Source: Felis catus
Taxonomy: Eukaryota
Assembly: GCF_018350175.1 (NCBI RefSeq)
Contig: NC_058373.1
Span: forward strand, 112,284,001-112,348,000
Reading direction: 5' to 3'
DNA length: 64,000 nucleotides
Shown: in pieces, positions 1-10,932 of the stretch
Numbering within the stretch: the stretch's first letter is position 1
How the letters are laid out: the number at the start of each line of letters is the position of its first letter
Program-made: the position numbers and the translations under genes
The notes under the pieces: model-generated
Database searches by the model: none
The model's input: the letters and a program-made list of their open reading frames with translations, nothing else
Told to the model about the DNA's origin: nothing

Positions 1-209
1 TTGATCTCATGAATCTTGTTGGAATAGACTCTGCTATTTCAGAACAGAAGGCCAAAGAGATAGCCATCTGACAATGGGTGTGAGTTTTGCCAATCCAGAT
101 TTTTCTCTGAGATTTTCAGTGTTTCCTCCCCCCTCCCAAAGAATTTATGGCATCATTAGAGAAAACAGTATATTTTACCATAAAAAAAAAAAAGAAAAAG
201 AAAAGAACA

Positions 210-667
210 GGGGTGGCTGGGTGGCTCAGTCAATTAAGTGTCCAACTTCGGCTCCAATCATGACCTCATGGTTTGTGAGTTCGAGCCCTGTGTTGGGGTC
301 TGTCCTGACAGCTCAGAGCCTGGAGCCTGCTTCAGATTCTGTGTCTCCCTTTCAATCTCTCTACCCCTCCCCTGCTCGTGTTCTGTCTCTCTCTCTCAAG
401 AGGGAATACACTTAAAAAAAATTTTTTTTTAATTTTTTTTTCAACGTTTATTTATTTTTGGGACAGAGAGAGACAGAGCATGAACGAGGGAGGGGCAGAG
501 AGAGAGGGAGACACAGAATCGGAAACAGGCTCCAGGCTCTGAGCCATCAGCCCAGAGCCTGACGCGGGGCTCGAACCCACGGACCACGAGATCGTGACCT
601 GGCTGAAGTCGGACGCTTAACCGACTGCGCCACCCAGGCGCCCCCAAAAAATTTTTTTAATAAAAAT
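210..667 (+). mobile_element. Can-SINE (older), tail interrupted by a younger antisense SINE
   Basis: tRNA-derived head GGGGTGGCTGGGTGGCTCAGTC, (CT)n stretch and A tail; flanking repeat aaaagaaYag at 201-210 and 668-677. Confidence 0.9.
429..644 (-). mobile_element. Young felid Can-SINE (SINEC_Fc type)
   Basis: CpG-rich, close to the copies at 30067, 32903 and 35332; TSD aaaaaattttttt at 416-428 and 646-658. Confidence 0.95.
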
Positions 668-2460
668 AAAAGAATAGCTTTTGAGGGACAGGAGAAAAGG
701 TTCTTAAATTTTCAGGGATCTATGAATCTGAACTCTATTTTTTAATTTAAATTATTTTTATAATTTAAATTATATATTTTTAATTAATTACGTATAACAT
801 GTAATATATACAAAAGAATGTACGGAATATATGTAATTGTGAAACAAGATAATAAAATTACCCCCCATGAATATACCAGTCTACTTAAGAATGGGAAAAT
901 ACTTAGTACAGATGCTCCTGTGTGGAATCTGAATTCTATTTTTAAAAAGACACATGCAGTGAGAAATCATGGTTAGGGGATGACAATGTTTTATTAGTAT
1001 TGGTATCAGTATGTATATCTCTAATTTCTTCTCAATCTTATTCTATTAAGGGCTTGAACAGCTGATAAAATCACACAGAGCATATAAGATTAAATAAATA
1101 TATGACTAAATCAAATCAAAGAGAAAATAAGTTGAAGCCAGGTAAATACATGAAAATACATGATGAAAGTATTATATATAGTTGGTAGAAGCAGGCTTCA
1201 AACTTGGTTCTGGATTTCCCAGAAAAAGAAACATGGGTTTACATTGTCCACAAAATAATAATAAACCAATTGCTCAGGAGAAATATAGATTTTACTAGTA
1301 CTGAGACCAGAGAGAAATTTCTCTTCCATGGAGATGGGATACTCTACATATGTTATAGTAGCTAATGTCCTCAACAATATTTCTAAGGTGAATTCAGAAT
1401 CTAAATTTCCTAGCCTGTTTCTTATCTTTGTTGGCACAATATAATAAAAAAATTATCAATCTGAAATTTTTAAAAAGCAATGGGTCAGTTCAAGATGATT
1501 TGGTCCATGTGCACAGCACACTATTAGTCTGACTTGGCCCATAGATAAAATTTACAAAATCTAGATGGCTGGATCTACTACCCATCCTTTAACCCATGTT
1601 CTACTTATATTTTTTCTTTTAACTATTGCTTGATAAGAATTGGAAACAGAAAGCTTGAGATTTTCTTCTCCAATAAGAACCTAGAATACAATCAGAAGCA
1701 ATATAAAGTCATCAAGGTATAAATTTAAAAGATGGAGGAGAAGAGGGTATGAGAAGGACAGATTCTTGTTTTACTTTAAAATTAGCTGAAGGTCATTTCA
1801 AAGGATCTTAGAGTAAGGAGTTTAAAATCTTTTAGCTCCAGATTCAAATCAAGTCAAGATTAGTAAATAGTGAAGGGTTCCATTTGATTCAATCACTCTA
1901 TGGAGATTTTTTTTTTTTTCCTTCCTTGCAGAACGTTGAATCTTTGAACTTTGGACTAGGGCAGCCCACAGATCGTACCTTTTTTTCTCTTATCTCCTCT
2001 TTATGCTTCTGGAGAATTAAGTGATAGGGCACTAAATTTCCAGTTACCACAAATGAAAGTAGCTACAGGCATGTGTGACCCATTACTGCTCTGTCTTACT
2101 GATTGTGCATTCACTGAACACTGACTATAGGCCAGTTTCATTTTCTAACACCCACATAACACAAAATCTTTGGGTTTATTTGAGCCTAAGGGGATCTGAA
2201 ATCTGAGTCCTAGATTTTGTTTATGTTGACTTATTTGTTTGATTATTGAAAAAAGAACAAAAGAAGCATTAGTTTTCTTCATAGAGGGATTTTTAAAGTA
2301 ATTATGTTAAGATAACATTATCAACAGTGATGTGATACGGTTTAGTCATGCTCAGTGTTTCCCAAATTCCCTTAGTCTATTTTTTATTCAGTATGTTCTG
2401 TTTAGATTGACTTCCTTAATTTCCTAATGCATTCCTGGAAAATAAAGTTAATATTACTGT

Positions 2461-2687
2461 TTTATTATTTTTTAAGTTTATTTATTTAAGAGAGTGCACG
2501 CATGCATAGAGTGGAGGAGGCAGGGAAGGGAGAGGGGAAAGGGGAGTGACAGAGAAAGAATCCCAAGCAGACTCTTCGCTGCCAGCACGGAACCTGGCCC
2601 TACACCGAAACTACAAGCCACAAGTTTATGACCTGAGCTGTAAATCAAGAGTCCGAGACTCAACCTACTGAACCATCTAAGCGCCCC
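2461..2687 (-). mobile_element. Diverged Can-SINE
   Basis: T-rich tail, (AG)n stretch, ends in ...ctactgaaccatctaagcgcccc (reverse-complement SINE head). Confidence 0.85.
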
Positions 2688-4969
2688 AAAATTCCTATTT
2701 TAAGTGGAAAACCAATAATAGTTTTCCATAATAGAAAGTAAACTTAATAAGTATACTGAAAACAAGATTTTAATGTTCTAACCAGATGCTAAAGCCTGAG
2801 GTCCGTTTTATCTTTATTAGGAAGTGAGATTAGCATGGTGTAGGGAGTTTTAAAGCAAACCTGCACCAAACCTAAAATTTCTCCTTGATGCAATCGAGTT
2901 TGAAGAACTGAAAAGGGAGTAATTTTTTCACTGTGATTTATATAGTATTTAATGCTGTGTTCTAGCACCTCCTAAATTTATTTCAGTTGCCACTCAAAAT
3001 CATCCCACCATCAAATTTCTGGAAACAGTACTTTAATAGAAAAGCTCTGGTTTTACAGTCAGATATATGAGCCACAGGCCTTATTCTGAGGCTAAACAGT
3101 TAAATAACCCAGGCAAGTCATTTAGTTTCAGTTTTTTCTTTGCCTAAGACAGTCAAAACATATTATAGAGCATATTGAAAACATGTGGTTTTGGGTAATG
3201 CTCATAATAACTCTCTAGGGTAGGTATCATAGGACAAAAAACTAGTTCAGAAAAGCCAGGCTTCTGACTCCATCTCCAAAGTTCATCTCCTAAAATGTGC
3301 AGAAAATGCCAGTGTTAAAGCATATGATATCTCATGACCCTTCCACATCTAAAAGGTATGATTTAAATCTGAACTTATCAACTTTTTAATATGTAATCGT
3401 CCCAATGAAGACTCATACTCCCTAAGGGTAATTTGTTTAGTAGTAAAGGAAACAGTTCAAAATAGGTTCACAGTTTGTAATTCTTCATTTAACCCAGTAG
3501 GTGGCACCAATCACATCCAGGCTTCTAGTCCACAAATAGTGGTAATTCAGGAAACCTGAAATATCGTCAGAGAGATTGGCCTTCTATTACTCTTAGGACA
3601 AAATGTGTTACATTTATATATCAAATGAAAAAAAAAAACTATTGATGTTTTCTTCCATGCTCTTCACTGAGGTGTATTACTGGCAGCCTTGATTAGACCT
3701 TAATAAACTCCATATTCTGCTGTGCAATCCTTACCTATTATTCTATGCCTTGAACTAGAGTTCCCTCCATTCCAAATACATCCACTGTCCACTTCCTCCA
3801 CAATCCCTATCTAATACTGTTTCTTTCCACCACAGAAAAGCCAGGTAATTGGGACACTGAATTATAAAATGAGTTGGGCAATTGTACACGGTGTTGATTT
3901 TTTGAAGTTTAAGTCCTTAATACTGTTCCTAGATACAGTTCATTTTCCTCTAGTTTCAAAAGAATTGAATTTCACAAACCTGTCTTAAAGGATGAAGTGT
4001 CATTTTGGACACACCTCCCAGCAAATCAGGGTATAGGCCCTTCTGTTCTAGGCATTTCCAAATAGAAAAAAGGTTTCTCCCACTACTCTTGGCCAAGAAT
4101 CCCTCCTCCCACATAAACTGTCCTGTGTGCTGGTTGGCTGTGTTGCAGTGGTGTGATCTATTTGGTTGGCAAGATACAATCCTGTGTTAATATTAGTTTG
4201 TTGTACTTTACGCAATCCATACTTGCAAACCCTCTTGAGGCCCTGGTTATATATAGCATTACCTTTGTCAATCTAATCTGTTTGGCATTCTGCCTTGCCT
4301 AGGCTTATAGAAGAGAAAAACATTTTAGACCGAGTGAAGTCCTTATGGACATGGGTCACATGTAAAGGGATTTGCTTTCCCACCAGTGTAAAATTACAAT
4401 TTGACCCAGGCTATGGAACAGTCCTTCCCCAGCCTCTGTAGAGTCAAGAGAACAGTGCGTGGTCTTTGGCAGCCATGTATCTTAGAGAGCACAGGCATGA
4501 AATAATCTTTCAATTCAGCTGACTTTTCCATCATGCCTGCTGGTAGTTTAAAGAGGAAGTTTATCTTCGGCAATAATATAACTGACGATAAGACATTTGA
4601 TTCTGACAGACTTCTTTTCTCTCCTCCCCTCCACCTCCTCTCCCCACTGAACTCATACTCTTGGCATTTCCTTGAGTTCTTTTGAGAAGAGGCTGAAGGT
4701 TGGATGTGAATATTTTGCTACACTTATAAATTCAGATGAAAGCCCAGTGAGGTGGGAAATGAATACTCTTGAGACCTTATTTATTCTATAACTCTCTCTG
4801 TTCTTAAAGCAAGTCATTCTTCCTGGCTTTAACCTTTACTTCACTTTAGTATTACTCTTCCTGATGGCTGACATATACTCCAGTAAGTGCTGCCAAATAA
4901 TGTTAAGCTAAAATGCTGGAAAACAGAGTCAGAAACCCACAGCTCAAATCTGGGTCCTTGATAAATATG

Positions 4970-5176
4970 TTTTTAGGTTTGTTTATTTTAAGAAAGAGAG
5001 AGAGAGCAAGCAAGGTAGAGGCAGAGAGAGAGGGATATAGAGAGAATTCCAAGCAGGCTCCATGCTGTGAGTGCAGAACCTGACATTGGGCTCGAACTCA
5101 GGAGCCATGAGATATTGACTGAGCCAACCTCAAAAGTCGGAAGGAAGCTTAACCAACTGACCCAACCAGGCACCCC
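4970..5176 (-). mobile_element. Can-SINE
   Basis: Reverse-complement head ...ccaggcacccc; TSD taaatatg at 4962-4969 and 5177-5184. Confidence 0.9.
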
Positions 5177-5224
5177 TAAATATGGGTTTTTTAAAGCTTT
5201 GAGGCAACTTGAACCTTTTGTGGA

Positions 5225-5445
5225 TTTTGTTATTTTACTTTATTTTATTTTGTTTTGTTTTGTTTTATAGAGAGGACTCACGCAAGTGGGGGAGAGGGGC
5301 AGAGGTAGAGTGAGAGAGAGAACCTTAAGTAGGCTACATGCTCAGCATGAGCCCAACTCAGGGCTCAATCCTATGACCCTGGGATCATGACCTGAGCCAA
5401 AATCAAGGGTCAGACATTTAACTTACTGAGCCACCCAGGCAACCC
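5225..5445 (-). mobile_element. Can-SINE (older subfamily)
   Basis: Reverse-complement head ...gagccacccaggcaaccc; degenerate TSD caactYgaac on both sides. Confidence 0.88.
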
Positions 5446-5751
5446 AACTCGAACTTTGAATGTCAAAGTTAGGTTTCTGTTATAGTAGTACTACATAGTA
5501 GTTACTATAGTTACTACTACTACCTATAGTAGGTTATGAAGTTAATTTTGAATCTAAGTCATTTTTTCACTTCCTATAAAACCCCACAGAAGTCCAGGGG
5601 AGAATAAAATTCTTCCTTCCTAAAAATAAATTTTGAAGGTTGAAAAAAATAAACTGTACCTTTATTAATATTATGATTATTTCAGTGAGTGACAATAGCT
5701 TCCAAACTTTGTAATATCACACACTTAGGAAACTCAGCAAGATTATTAGGA

Positions 5752-5921
5752 TAGGGTTGTCATATTTAGCAAATAGAGGATGTTCAGTTAAGTTTGAATT
5801 GCAGATAAATAATTAATGTTTTAGTATAAGCATGTTCCAAATATTTCATGGAACGTGCTTATACTAAAAATATTTAGTGTTTATTGAAATCCAAACTTAA
5901 CTGGGTATCCTGGCAACCCTA
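5752..5921. mobile_element. MER53-like palindromic hAT MITE
   Basis: Terminal inverted repeats tagggttgtca...tggcaacccta; central 21-bp stem 5819-5839/5849-5869; matches recalled MER53 consensus. Confidence 0.85.
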
Positions 5922-6133
5922 ACCTAGGACAGACTCACTACAGAGCCTACTTAAACGCCCCACAATTCTTCCCCCCCCCCCGCTTTTTATTGGCTCTCTT
6001 CTTCTTCATCTCAGCCTATGCCTGTCATTCTGTCTGCCTCCTTTTTTTGTCCCCTCACCCACCTTTATCTTTTTTGTTGTTCTCTACTGTCCACGGTTTG
6101 CCATTTTTATGGAATATGTATCTGGGTTATCTG

Positions 6134-6135
<2 letters not shown>

Positions 6136-6186
<51 letters not shown>

Positions 6187-6197
6187 TATAAAATATA
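6136..6197. repeat. (TA)n microsatellite
   Basis: Direct reading of the sequence. Confidence 0.98.
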
Positions 6198-6546
6198 TCA
6201 TCCCATTTCTTCATGTAAAAGTTATATTAAACATATGCTTTGTAGGCTCTCAAAATTATTTCTACTTGCATATAATCCTCAAATGATTTTCTTCCCTCCG
6301 TGGGACATGGGCCCTCAGCAGAGAAGGGTTTGCCACTTGAACTCTAAAAATACTGTTTGAAGTTGTTTTCTAACACAATTACAAAATCCACATTAATGCT
6401 AATGCCAGAGTCATTCTACAGTGATGCAATGATATGTGATGTGTGATGAATGTTAGTAGCCTTACAACTCAAAATAAAACCAGGTTTTGTTTTGTTGGGT
6501 TTTTTTCCTCAAAGAAAGCTCCCATTTTCCTAATGTTTCCCACCAG

Positions 6547-6605
6547 GTACTGTGAACACTACAACTACCAGCAGATTAACTACCAGCAAAAACGAATCTA
6601 ATGTG
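6547..6605 (+). CDS. CCDC196: CCDC196 penultimate coding exon, (G)TVNTTTTSRLTTSKNESNV
   Basis: Pyrimidine tract and ccag acceptor; GTG|gtaag donor; 59 nt, phase 1 to phase 0; resembles the recalled human segment GTMGITTMDRVTTGRNEHHV; syntenic upstream of GPHN. Confidence 0.78.
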
Positions 6606-6794
6606 GTAAGAACTAGTTTCATTTTCAAAATTATTTTAAAGGCTTGCATAGATAGTGGGTGTAGATTTTTAGAATTTATTTGTTAAAGTACATTCTAATT
6701 TAATATTTTTAGGAGATTTGTAAAGTGGGTGCCAGGGCACTTGATGTTTTAATTGTTTTTTGGATTCCCCCCACCCCACCCTTCTATGTTGTAG

Positions 6795-6914
6795 AGAATT
6801 CTGGGATCAAAAACCTACACAGAACAACAAAGAGCTGAAGGAAATCAGTTTGATGATGTAGGAGGGAGGATCTTTTTTCTGAGGTCACTGCCAGATGAAG
6901 CTCTGAAGGATTAG
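6795..6914 (+). CDS. CCDC196: CCDC196 last coding exon, RILGSKTYTEQQRAEGNQFDDVGGRIFFLRSLPDEALKD*
   Basis: ttgtag acceptor, phase 0 compatible with the previous exon, 39 codons plus TAG; resembles the recalled human C-terminus RILGTKIYTEQQ...GGRLFFLRSLPDEALKN. Confidence 0.85.
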   Translation, partial: RILGSKTYTEQQRAEGNQFDDVGGRIFFLRSLPDEALKD

Positions 6915-6974
6915 AAGGCTTTCACTCCGTTTGCTTTGGACAGATTTAAAGACGAGGCACAGCCATTTGTGTTA

Positions 6975-6980
6975 ATTAAA
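6975..6980 (+). terminator. Candidate polyadenylation signal (ATTAAA) of CCDC196
   Basis: ATTAAA 60 nt after the stop codon, followed by T/GT-rich sequence (ctttgttttagtg). Confidence 0.5.
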
Positions 6981-7329
6981 ATCTCTCAAACCTTTGTTTT
7001 AGTGCAGTTTATTCTGTCCCCACTAAATTGGGTGGAAATGCTAGTTAGATGTTTGACCTTAAGCATGTCAGGAATTTAGTCATTTAGGGATTGTAAAATA
7101 GTCCCTGATTATTTTGATAGCTTTTGATTTTGAAATGACTAGGTTCAAACCACATTGTATGTTGTTAACAAGTCCATGAAAGGCTGTTCCTCTCCACCTC
7201 TGAAATGTTTCATTCTGCACAGATCCATCACTAACATATGAGCAAAAGTACATACAAAATAAGGAAAATTATAAGCCTTACAGTTTTTTTACTCTCTCGT
7301 CTATTATGTCCAACTGTCCTAGTTTGCCT

Positions 7330-7810
7330 CCTAGTTATCTGCCTCCATTCTGCCTCCTCGTTATCTTTTCCTTTAATATCTCCTACCTTCCTATCTTCTA
7401 CCTAACTATTTTAGTTCAGGCCCTCTTTCCTGCCTAGATTAGCACGGCTCTTAATTGGTTTCCCCTCTCTAGTCCCTCTATTCTATCTTCCACAGCACCT
7501 GAAGCTGTCTCTTCTAAAAGAGGAATGAGATCATGTCTTTTTCCTACTGGTTTTCCATTGACTTTAGTATAAAGTCCAAACTCCTTCATAGACCATATAA
7601 TGATTTACCTTCTGCCTATGTCTCTAGTCTCCTTTTTCACTGTATCTACCTTTCTTCATATATTGAGCTCAACAGACCTATTTGCAATTCCCCTGATGTG
7701 CCATGAGGTCTATTATCTCCATGCCTTTGCATAAAGTTGATTCTTCTCTCCTTGTCTATTTGCCCATTAACATTTGTCCATAGGGCTGAGTTTGGTGCCC
7801 TTCTCCCATC
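7330..7810 (+). mobile_element. L2 3' region, left part
   Basis: Pyrimidine-rich L2-like motifs (atcttccacagca, gatcatgtc, aaagtccaaactcctt, catgcctttgcat); continues at 15417-15600. Confidence 0.7.
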
Positions 7811-7811
7811 C

Positions 7812-7878
7812 CAGCAATTCTTAATTTTAACTATTGTATTAGAATCTCCTTGGGAACTTTTAAAAATACCAATTCACT
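7812..7878. mobile_element. MER5-type hAT-Charlie element, left part
   Basis: cagcaattctt...ttagaatctccttgggaactttt-aaaaatacc resembles the recalled MER5A1 left half. Confidence 0.7.
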
Positions 7879-9340
7879 AGGGAGAGGGGCCAAGATGGTG
7901 GAACAGCATGGAAGTTTTTTTGTGTCTTACATTCATGAAATACAGCCAGATCAACACTAAACCATCCTGTACACGTAGAAAACTGATTTGAGGATTAACA
8001 CAACAATCTGCACAACCTGAACCACACAATTCCACAGGTATGCAGCCCGCAGGGGTGAACTTGGGGAGAGAGAAGCTGCCGAGGTCAGGGAGCTGTTTTT
8101 GCTTATGGAGAGAGAACAGGGGTGGAGGGGGAGTTCGGGAAAAGGACCCCCCCACACCAAAAAAAAAACACCTGGAGAGAAAGTGGAAAAGTGGAAACAG
8201 CTGCAGGGACTGAACTAAAAAGGGAGAAAGGAAAAAGGAGAGGGTTTAAATTCCATTAAGACTCTATAAACAGGGGGAGTGTAGAGTCTGAAACGCCACA
8301 GCTCAATACCTGGTGGTGCCCTGGTGAGAAGGGCGAATCCCCAGGAGCAGAGTGAAGTTGAGGGTCTTTGGGCCACACAGGGAGAGGCGGTTCCCCTGCT
8401 GGGAGGACATCTGGTAGAGGCTGTGTGGCTCCCCCAAAGGCCCCAGTGGACCCGGGAGAAAAACCACATTCACGGGTGCTGGAACAAGGTCATTGGGAGT
8501 GAAGCCTGGTGCCAGCTGTGTGGTGTGATTTTCCATAATCTCTGAAACACAGCTGCCACATGATCGTGTGAACTTTTTCTGGGGTAGGCTAGCACTCAGC
8601 CACAGTCTCTGAGCATCAGCAGCAGCATGGTCCCTTGAATGTTCCTGGGAGCAGCTGGCACCAGGTCATTGCTGTGTGAGACCCTCCCACAGAGGAGCAG
8701 AACGGGTCAAAGCTGCAGTCCCTCAGAAGTAAGGGGTTGGGAAACACAGCTGCATCTGAGATAAAACTCAGGAGGGAGGTGCTACCTGGGGCTTGGTCAC
8801 AGACAGCGTAAAAGCAGGGAGTGAATGGAAGCTGACAAAGGACGGGTGCGCGATTGCTGGTCGGGGAGAGCACAGAGTTCGATACTAGAGACTGGGTAGC
8901 TGGGTGATGCCATTTTCACTGTTCCTGTGCATGCGCATACGCACCTACGAGCACCACAACACTCCACCCCAGTAGGCTAGCAACGCCATCTAGTGGAGAA
9001 TGGAGATGTTACACTAAGCCCTGCCCAACTGGGCCAACCTCACTCTTCAGGAACACAAATCCACTTGCTTAGCTTAAGGACTATAAAGCTCTTCATAGTT
9101 TGACTTCTATGGGAAAATGAAGTAATTTCAATCATATTTCAGTGTGTTCACTGCTCCATCTGTTCAATTTTCTTTTTTTTCTCTTTTTTGTTTCTTTTCT
9201 TTTTCTTGAATACAGAAAGAAAAAATTTATTTTTATTTTCAATTTTTATTAAAAATATTTTTATTTGTTTTTTTCCACTATATGTTTTACATTTTTGTGA
9301 ATTTTTCAAATTCTATTTTACTTCCATAATTTCAGTTTTA

Positions 9341-9711
9341 AAAAATTGTTTATTTAATTTATTTTTTAATTTACATCCAAGTTAGTTACCATATAGTGCA
9401 ACAATGATTTCAGGAGTAGATTCCTTAATGCCCCTTACCCATTTAGCCCATCCGCCCTCCCACAACCCTTCCGGTAACCCTCTGTTTGTTCTCCATATTT
9501 AAGAGTCTCTTATGTTAGGTCCCCCTCCCTGTTTTCATATTATTTATGTTTTCCTTCCCATATGTTCATCTGTTTTGTATCTTAAAGTCCTCATATGAGT
9601 GAAGTCATATGATATTTGTGTTTCTCTGACTAATTTCGCTTAGCATAATATGTCTAGCTCCATCCACATAGTTGCAAAAGATTTCAAGATGGAAAGATTT
9701 CATTCCTTTTG
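9341..9711 (-). mobile_element. 5'-truncated L1 3' end inserted antisense in the host L1 5'UTR
   Basis: Reverse complement matches the host 3' end (about 14740-15080); degenerate TSD tccatMatttcaKttt starting at 9323 and 9712. Confidence 0.92.
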
Positions 9712-9944
9712 TCCATCATTTCATTTTATTCTATTTCATTGTATTCATTTTTTTTCAAATTTTCAAATGTTTTCCTTCCCCCTGCTTTTTTCGCCTTTTT
9801 TTTTTTTTTTGGTTTTCAACAACAAGACCAAAACACACCTACAATCTAGCATCATTTATTTGATTTGTATGTGTGTGTGTGTGTTGTTTTTAATTTTTTA
9901 ATTTTAATTTTTGTTACAGTATTAATTCCTTTTCTTCCTTCAAG

Positions 9945-10846
9945 ATGACAAAATGAAGGGATTCACCCCAAAAGAAAGAGGAGGAAGAAATGACAGCCAG
10001 GTACTTAATCAACACAGATACCAGCAAGATGTCTGAATGAGAATTTAGAATCACAATAATAAGAATACTAGCTGGGGTTGACAATAGATTAGAATCCCTT
10101 TCTGCAGAGATAAAAGAAGTAAAAGCTAGTCAGCATGAAATAAGAAATGCTACAACTGAACTGCAATGTTGAAAGGATGCCATGGCAGATGCTAAGGATG
10201 GATAAGGCAGAGCAGCAAATCAGCAATATAGAGGACAAACTTGTGAAGAATAATGAAGCAGAAAAAAAGAGGGAGACTAAGCCAAAAGAGCACGATTGAA
10301 GAATTAGAGAAATCAGTGACTCATTAGAAAGGAAGAACATCAGAATCATAGGAGTCCCAGAAGATGAAGAGAAAGAAAAAAAGGTAGAAGTGTTATGTGA
10401 GCAAATCATAGCAGAAAACTTTCCTAACCTGGGGAAAGACACAGACATCAAAATCCAGGAAGCACAGAGGACTCCCATAAGATTCAAAAAACTGACCATC
10501 AACAAAGCATATGATAGTCAAATTCATAAAATACTCAGACAAGGAAAGAATCATGAAAGCAGCAAGGGAAAAAGAGTCCTTAACCTACAAGGGAAGACAG
10601 ATCAGGTTTGCAGCAGACCTATGCACAGAAACTTTGCAGGCCAGAAGGGAGTGGCAGGATATATTCAATGTGCTGAAGTGGAAAAATATGCAGCCAAGAA
10701 TACTTTATCTAGCAAGGCTGTCATTCAAAATAGAAGGAGAGATAAAGAGTTCCCCAGACAAACAAAAACTAAAGGTGTTCCTGACAACTAAACCAGTCCT
10801 GCAAGAAATTTTAAGGCGGACTCTCTCTGAGGGTAGAAAAAAATGA
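9945..10846 (+). pseudogene. L1 ORF1p remnant
   Basis: ATG at 9945 then TGA at codon 4; fragments QIIAENFPNLGKDTDIKIQEAQRTP and TYKGRQIRFAADL...WQDIFNVLK in different frames. Confidence 0.92.
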
Positions 10847-10932
10847 AGAAAAAATGAAAAAAGGCCAAAAGCAACAAAGACTAGAAAGGGCCAGGGAACA
10901 CCACCAGAAACTCTAATTCTACAAGCAACATA

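Noticed and set aside
210..300. tRNA-like A/B boxes as tRNA genes
   Set aside because: They are heads of tRNA-derived Can-SINEs with CT stretch, tail and TSD.
74..647. ORFs translated from SINE sequence (also 22303-22579, 32875-33129, 49559-49744)
   Set aside because: Recurring SINE-derived peptides, not genes.
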